Source: Thermodesulfobacterium commune DSM 2178 (GTDB taxonomy: Bacteria > Desulfobacterota > Thermodesulfobacteria > Thermodesulfobacteriales > Thermodesulfobacteriaceae). From it: a stretch of DNA of 32,000 nucleotides. The notes beneath the pieces are model-generated. The model saw nothing but the letters and a program-made list of their open reading frames with translations, made no database searches and was not told the DNA's origin. Position numbers and translations under genes: made by a program. Below, piece by piece: positions 27,359-32,000 of the stretch (position 1 is the first letter of the stretch; each line of letters opens with the position of its first letter). Location: the NCBI RefSeq assembly GCF_000734015.1, contig NZ_CP008796.1, forward strand, positions 1,050,001 through 1,082,000, written 5' to 3'.

Positions 27359-27676
27359 GCAAAGCTTAGGGGTGTTCAATAAAATTTTTCTTTTTAGCAA
27401 TATGTATCTTTTTTTTGTGATAAAGTTTTTTTTTATTCTTCTTTTAGGTTGGTCACTTCCTTAATTACTTCTTTCTTCTTTTTTTCTACCAATGATTTTT
27501 AAACTTTTGAAATAAAGTTTTTTGGGCAAATCTTTACCCTTGACCTTTTAATATTTTTATTAATAATTTTAAAATATATATGGCTAAAATTTGGCACCTC
27601 AAATTTACTTATTTTCTATCCGAGGTCTTTTATCTCAACCTTTATAAATTCCTTAAACCTTTTATCTGTTTAAAAA

Positions 27677-27702
27677 AACATAAAAATTGCAGAAGGATGT
27701 TA
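27677..27702. repeat. Left copy of a 26-bp imperfect direct repeat bracketing the IS110 relic
   Basis: AACATAAAAATTGCAGAAGGATGTTA, versus AACATAAAAATTGCAGGAGGGTGTTA at 28439-28464 (2 mismatches). Confidence 0.85.
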
Positions 27703-28211
27703 AGGAAGGAGAGGGTAAAGATGTTGAAATGTTTTTCAGCTTCGGGGAAGAGGACGGAGAGGGCATATTTGATTTGTGTTTTGGCAAAAGATCATTCTTT
27801 TTTGAGTTTTTGGATGAGACGAGAGAGGTTTCTCAGGTGATGATCTGGTGGGAGAGGATTAAGGAATTGGGGGTTAGAGTGAGCAAAAAGTGCAAGGATT
27901 TTAGCGTCTTTGGTATCAGACTTAGAGGGGTTGTTTGCGGAGAGGAACTGGAAGAACCTGTGAAGGATTTTTGGGTTGATAACAAAAGCTTGAATATCAT
28001 TAGCAAGGAGAAAGTGATAAAGTGGGAGGAAGAATCTTCCAGTAGATTCCATGACTACGATAGGTTTAGGGTATTGTTTAAGGATGGAGAGAAGCTGAGA
28101 GAAACCTTCTTGAGACATAGGGAGGTGTTTGGAGAGGATAAAGGATTGTTGATGGAGGACAGCGATATTAAAAGTGTCTTTAGAGACATCAATACCGACG
28201 AAGTAATTCAT
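27703..28211 (-). pseudogene. IS110-family DEDD recombinase/transposase, truncated with an in-frame TGA
   Basis: MNYFVGIDVSKDTF.., MESTGRF, VINP, KSDTKDA. A TGA at 27791-27789 is followed in the same frame by SFAKTQIKYALSVLFPEAEKHFNIFTLSFLNIL.., the FPE.. block typical of the family. Confidence 0.8.
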
Positions 28212-28438
28212 GGGAGCACCTCCTTGTGTGGTGTTGTTGGTATAGTAAAAGTCCCTCGCTCCATCCTCCCATGTGGCAGAGGCTTAGGAAGCCTAACCAA
28301 CTTATTGGGAGTTGAGGGACAGGGGGACAGACTCCTCTCGAGGCTTTTAAGCCTAAGAGTTATGGAGTCCTTGTCCCTCTTTATTTTGTTGTTGTCCATA
28401 TTATTACTATACAACGCAACATATGTTAAGCAAAAACT
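28212..28438 (-). ncRNA. Structured 5' non-coding leader of the IS110 relic; possible bridge-RNA remnant
   Basis: Nested helices visible by eye. GAGGGACA (28314-28321) pairs with TGTCCCTC (28372-28379), GACTCC (28330-28335) with GGAGTC (28364-28369), and CTCT (28335-28338) with AGAG (28356-28359). Two hairpins have AGGCTT/AAGCCT arms (28280-28294 and 28341-28354); the second allows only 5 bp around a 4-nt loop. GC is higher than in the flanks. Confidence 0.35.
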
Positions 28439-28464
28439 AACATAAAAATTGCAGGAGGGTGTTA
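28439..28464. repeat. Right copy of the 26-bp imperfect direct repeat
   Basis: It contains the SD (GGAGGG) of the SPFH gene and ends on the A of its ATG. Confidence 0.85.
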
Positions 28465-29210
28465 TGAGTTTTACGTTAATTTTCATTGTTATTTTGATCT
28501 TACTGTTTTTACAAACCTCAGTAAAGGTAATTAATGAATATGAAAGGGCGGTAGTTCTTAGGTTAGGTAAATTTTTAGCGGTTAAAGGCCCAGGGCTGAT
28601 TATACTCCTTCCAATCATAGATAAAATGGTAAAAATAGACCTAAGAACAGTTACTTTAGACGTTCCTCCTCAAGAGGTTATTACTAAGGATAATGTTTCT
28701 ATTAGGGTAAGTGCCGTAGTATATTATAGGGTATTAGACCCAGAAAAATCTTTTCTTCAAGTAGAAGATTATCATTATGCTACCAGTCAATTAGCCCAAA
28801 CCACCTTAAGAAGCATCTGTGGTCAAGCAGAGCTTGATGAAGTGTTAGCCGAAAGAGAAAAACTTAATCTAAAAATCCAAGAAATCCTTGATGCAGAAAC
28901 AGAACCTTGGGGTGTCAAGGTTTCGAAGGTAGAAATTAAAGAAATAGACCTTCCAGAAGAAATGAAAAGGGCTATGGCTAAACAAGCTGAAGCTGAGAGA
29001 GAAAGAAGGGCCAAAATAATCAGCGCTGATGGTGAGTACCAAGCCTCTAAGACCTTACTTGAAGCTGCCCAAATTATGGCACAAAATCCAATAACCCTTC
29101 AACTAAGGTATTTACAAACTCTTACAGAGATTGCAAGTGAAAAAAATTCCACAATACTCTTTCCTTTACCTATTGAACTGTTAAAAGCATTAACAAATAA
29201 CCCTAAATAA
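28464..29210 (+). CDS. SPFH/band-7 (stomatin/slipin-like) membrane protein
   Basis: N-terminal TM helix, then [17 protein letters not shown].. and an AEAERE-rich coiled region. ATG at 28464 with SD GGAGGG. The ORF-track TTG at 28449 is less likely. Confidence 0.9.
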   Translation: MSFTLIFIVILILLFLQTSVKVINEYERAVVLRLGKFLAVKGPGLIILLPIIDKMVKIDLRTVTLDVPPQEVITKDNVSIRVSAVVYYRVLDPEKSFLQVEDYHYATSQLAQTTLRSICGQAELDEVLAEREKLNLKIQEILDAETEPWGVKVSKVEIKEIDLPEEMKRAMAKQAEAERERRAKIISADGEYQASKTLLEAAQIMAQNPITLQLRYLQTLTEIASEKNSTILFPLPIELLKALTNNPK

Positions 29211-29310
29211 ACCAAAACAATGAGTGGTAATTTCTTATTTTAAAGAATTTTTTCACATGATATATTTTTAAAAAATATGCATATTATCCTTTAAAAGGAG
29301 GGAGGTAAAA

Positions 29311-29535
29311 ATGGACAAAGAGCTGGTTAAAAAATTTGCCGACAAATATCCAGAAATCAATGAGCTTCTTGAGAAACATCAGGAGATGGAAAACCAAGTA
29401 GCTGAACTTTCTCAAAAACCTTATCTTACCCCAGAAGAAGAGGTTAAACTTAAGGAACTTAAAAAGGAAAAACTTTATATTAAAGAAAAAATATATAAAA
29501 TAATAAAAACAAAAGAAGGGATAGAGATAGACTAA
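29311..29535 (+). CDS. Small coiled-coil protein, DUF465/YdcH-like
   Basis: 74 aa. The pattern ..LLEKHQEMENQV..L..KPYLTPEEE..LKELKKEKLYIKEKI is typical of DUF465. Strong SD AGGAGGGAGG. Confidence 0.6.
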   Translation: MDKELVKKFADKYPEINELLEKHQEMENQVAELSQKPYLTPEEEVKLKELKKEKLYIKEKIYKIIKTKEGIEID

Positions 29536-29592
29536 AAATCTATATCATTTAAAAAAGTTTTTAAAGTTATATACTCTTTAGGAGGGATTGCT

Positions 29593-31296
29593 TTGGGTGC
29601 GATTATGACTGGTGCAAAAATGGTGATAGAAGCTTTAAAGCGAGAGGGAGTGGAGGTTCTTTTTGGATATCCTGGTGGGGCAATCTTAGATATTTATGAT
29701 GAGCTTTACAAAACACCAGATCTAAAACATGTACTAGTAAGACATGAACAAGGAGCTACACATGCTGCTGACGGGTATGCAAGGTCTACAGGTAAGGTAG
29801 GGGTAGTTTTGGTTACTTCAGGACCTGGTGCTACCAACACGGTTACAGGAATTGCTACTGCTTATATGGATTCTATTCCGATAGTAGTACTAACTGGTCA
29901 AGTTCCTACCAGGTTAATCGGAAATGATGCCTTTCAGGAGGTAGATATTACTGGAATAACCAGGCCTATTACCAAGCATAATTTTTTGGTAAAACGTATA
30001 GAAGACCTTCCTACCATCATAAAAGCAGCCTTTTATATAGCAAAAACAGGAAGACCTGGACCGGTTCTAGTGGACATACCTAAAGATATTCAACAAGCTA
30101 AAGGTGAGTTTAATTACCCTGAAGAAATAAAACTAAGAAGTTACAATCCTGTTTACGAACCTCATATAAAGCAGATAGAAAGGGCTTATCAACTTTTAGA
30201 AAACGCAGAAAGACCTGTCTTGATGTTAGGAGGAGGGATAATTTCTGCTAATGCTTCTGAAGAAGCGAGGAAATTAGCTGAAAAATTAAAATTACCGGTG
30301 GTTATGACCCTGATGGGGTTAAGTGCTTTTCCTGGCGACCACGAACAGAGTTTGGGAATGTTAGGGATGCATGGTACCTACTATGCAAACATGGCAGTAG
30401 CCAACTGTGACGTACTCTTAGCCGTAGGGGTACGTTTTGATGACCGAGTAACTGGCAAAGTAGATGCTTTTGCACCTGGAGCAAAAATCATTCATATAGA
30501 TATAGACCCAAGTTCTATTCAAAAAAACGTAAAAGTTGACGTTCCTATAGTAGCAGATTGTAAAAGGGCTTTAAAACGGTTATTAGAGTTTGTAAAACAA
30601 GGAGGAAAAGATAAAAAATACTGGGAAGAACGATTTACCGATTGGTGGGAACAGATTAACATCTGGAAAAGAAGGTATCCCTTGACCTACAAACAAGAAG
30701 GAGATTACATAAAACCTCAGTTTGTGATAGAAAAACTATGGGAACTTACTAAAGGGGAGGCTATCATCGCCACCGAAGTAGGACAAAATCAGATGTGGAC
30801 TGCGCTTTTTTATAAGTTTAAACATCCTCGGTCGCTTATTACCTCAGGTGGATTAGGCACGATGGGATTTGGTTTCCCAGCAGCAATTGGAGCCCAAATA
30901 GGTAACCCTGATAAATTGGTAATAGATATAGCAGGAGATGGATCTATTCAGATGAATATTCAAGAATTAGCCACCGCTGTAGAGCAAAGACTTCCTATTA
31001 AAATCATCATTTTAAACAACGGGTTTTTAGGGATGGTCCGTCAATGGCAAGAACTTTTTTACGGAAAAAGATATTCTGCAGTTAAATTTCAGGTGATCCC
31101 TGACTTTGTTAAGTTAGCCGAAGCCTATGGAGCTGTAGGAATGAGAATAACCCGACCAGAAGAAGTTGAACCAGCGTTAAAAAAGGTTTTGCAAACGAAT
31201 TCTTTGGTAATCCTTGACATCCATATTGCTCCAGAAGAAGGGGTCTTTCCGATGGTACCTGCAGGAAAGGCCACCACAGAAATGATACTTTTATAA
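29593..31296 (+). CDS. ilvB: Acetolactate synthase large subunit (ThDP-dependent)
   Basis: [26 protein letters not shown].., [28 protein letters not shown]. The TTG at 29593 lies 7 nt after GGAGGG. The alternative ATG at 29605 gives the conventional N-terminus. Confidence 0.93.
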   Translation: MGAIMTGAKMVIEALKREGVEVLFGYPGGAILDIYDELYKTPDLKHVLVRHEQGATHAADGYARSTGKVGVVLVTSGPGATNTVTGIATAYMDSIPIVVLTGQVPTRLIGNDAFQEVDITGITRPITKHNFLVKRIEDLPTIIKAAFYIAKTGRPGPVLVDIPKDIQQAKGEFNYPEEIKLRSYNPVYEPHIKQIERAYQLLENAERPVLMLGGGIISANASEEARKLAEKLKLPVVMTLMGLSAFPGDHEQSLGMLGMHGTYYANMAVANCDVLLAVGVRFDDRVTGKVDAFAPGAKIIHIDIDPSSIQKNVKVDVPIVADCKRALKRLLEFVKQGGKDKKYWEERFTDWWEQINIWKRRYPLTYKQEGDYIKPQFVIEKLWELTKGEAIIATEVGQNQMWTALFYKFKHPRSLITSGGLGTMGFGFPAAIGAQIGNPDKLVIDIAGDGSIQMNIQELATAVEQRLPIKIIILNNGFLGMVRQWQELFYGKRYSAVKFQVIPDFVKLAEAYGAVGMRITRPEEVEPALKKVLQTNSLVILDIHIAPEEGVFPMVPAGKATTEMILL

Positions 31297-31315
31297 TATG
31301 GAAAAGGGGGAATTT

Positions 31316-31813
31316 ATGGAAACCAAAAGATATACCCTTTCAGTCCTTGTAGAAAATACACCCGGAGCTCTTGCCAGAATAGCAGGACTTTTTAGCGGAA
31401 GAGGATTTAACATAGACAGCCTTTGTGTGGCCGAAACTTTAGACCCTACTCTTTCACATCTTACCTTGGTAACCCATGGGGACGAGCAAATATTAGAGCA
31501 AATCTTAAAGCAATTGAGAAGGCTTATAGATGTTTATAAAGTGGTTAACGTAACCGAAGAAGGAGATCACGTTGAAAGAGAAATGGCTCTTATCAAAGTA
31601 AAGGCTGAAAAGGAAAACAGAGATGAAATCTTTAGAATTTGTGAAATTTTTCGCTGTAAAATAGTAGACGTAAGTCCCAAAACCTATGTAATAGAAGTTA
31701 CAGGTGATAGAGATAAGTTGGAAGCAGTGATAGAATTACTTAAACCTATGGGGATCAAAGAAATCGTAAGAACAGGAGTTATAGCTATCAGAAGAGAAAA
31801 AAAATCCGGTTAA
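31316..31813 (+). CDS. ilvN: Acetolactate synthase small (regulatory) subunit
   Basis: METKRYTLSVLVENTPGALARIAGLFSGRGFNIDSL is the ACT domain. The ATG at 31316 has an AAGGGGG SD. The ORF-track ATG at 31298 lacks one. Confidence 0.9.
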   Translation: METKRYTLSVLVENTPGALARIAGLFSGRGFNIDSLCVAETLDPTLSHLTLVTHGDEQILEQILKQLRRLIDVYKVVNVTEEGDHVEREMALIKVKAEKENRDEIFRICEIFRCKIVDVSPKTYVIEVTGDRDKLEAVIELLKPMGIKEIVRTGVIAIRREKKSG

Positions 31814-31830
31814 AAATTAAGTCTTTCCTC

Positions 31831-31859
31831 TTGATTTTTCTATATCTCAAGTTATAAAT
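31831..31859 (+). promoter_or_regulatory. Candidate promoter for the downstream ORF
   Basis: TTGATT (31831-31836), 16-17 nt spacer, TATAAAT (31853-31859). Confidence 0.3.
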
Positions 31860-31890
31860 GTTAATCAATTTTTACGGTTGAGGTGTCAAA

Positions 31891-32000
31891 ATGCTTAAAA
31901 TAGACATAAAACAGGGAAGTCTTACTGAAGAACAGATAAAATGGTTTGAAAAAGCTTTTAGAAGATGTGCTAGAAGGATTATTCTTTCTACTACTTTAGC
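31891..32000 (+). CDS. Partial ORF (3' end outside the window), possibly a transketolase N-terminal subunit
   Basis: SD GAGGTG upstream. MLKIDIKQGSLTEEQIKWFEKAFRRCARRIILSTTLA resembles the region before the SGH(P/L)GG motif of split transketolases. Only 36 codons are visible. Confidence 0.35.
   Translation, partial: MLKIDIKQGSLTEEQIKWFEKAFRRCARRIILSTTL

Larger units (their letters stand above)
27703..28438 (-). mobile_element. Decayed IS110-family element (5' leader plus N-terminal ~170 codons of the recombinase; 3' half missing)
   Basis: It holds a canonical IS110 N-terminus and a 227-nt structured leader. It is far too short for a complete element, and no Tnp C-terminal domain lies downstream. 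Confidence 0.75.

Noticed and set aside
27580-28445. + strand ORFs 27580-27840 (86 aa) and 27687-28445 (252 aa)
   Set aside because: They run antisense to a canonical IS110 recombinase N-terminus and its structured leader. Their products are low-complexity (G/E/R/L-rich) with no recognisable motif. The 252-aa ORF starts at a TTG inside the 26-bp repeat.
28208-28618. - strand 136-aa ORF
   Set aside because: It overlaps the well-supported SPFH gene start and the IS110 leader, has no motif and no SD, and is a shadow ORF.
2054-30484. Other antisense ORFs in the track (2054-2236, 4750-4995, 7147-7386 and its duplicate 14801-15040, 8402-8698, 16234-16458, 16862-17101, 16912-17097, 17368-17625, 18349-18582, 19091-19282, 19279-19470, 22393-22602, 22415-22630, 22650-22853, 28823-29014, 30302-30484)
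   Set aside because: Each is nested opposite a gene with strong family motifs and has no motif or SD of its own.

Overview
Low-GC (~40%) bacterial chromosome segment, mostly core metabolism and translation genes. On the + strand: arnB/arnC-like pair, glyA, dCMP deaminase, J-protein, spermidine-synthase-like, lysC, cimA, cysS, ilvBN. On the - strand: rplM-rpsI, argC, truA, hisB. Three regions are not ordinary. (1) A block (flavoprotein 3' end, nitroreductase, DsbC/G-like lipoprotein, AMMECR1) occurs twice, 7,654 bp apart. The copies are ~10-13% diverged at both edges and show no difference over ~1.74 kb in the centre. The second copy is split by a ~5.5 kb composite foreign insert. That insert holds a GC-rich 5'-truncated malate dehydrogenase fragment, a perfect 2 x 133 bp tandem duplication with four copies of the palindrome TTAAGGCCTTAA, and a very AT-rich 1476-aa gene. 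This gene encodes a Upf1/DNA2-type SF1 helicase with a ~600-aa helical insertion and a C-terminal DUF559/Vsr-like nuclease fold. It is the best candidate for a single-gene, Hhe/Nhi-like anti-phage or anti-plasmid system. No integrase, tRNA or target-site duplication flanks the insert. (2) An IS256-family element interrupts a frameshifted ArsB/NhaD-YbiR-type permease pseudogene. (3) A decayed IS110-family element lies upstream of an SPFH/stomatin gene, with an in-frame stop, a missing 3' half, a structured 227-nt leader that could be a bridge-RNA relic, and 26-bp imperfect direct repeats on both sides. I found no CRISPR array, tRNA or rRNA. All functional calls come from motifs read by eye; no database search was run.
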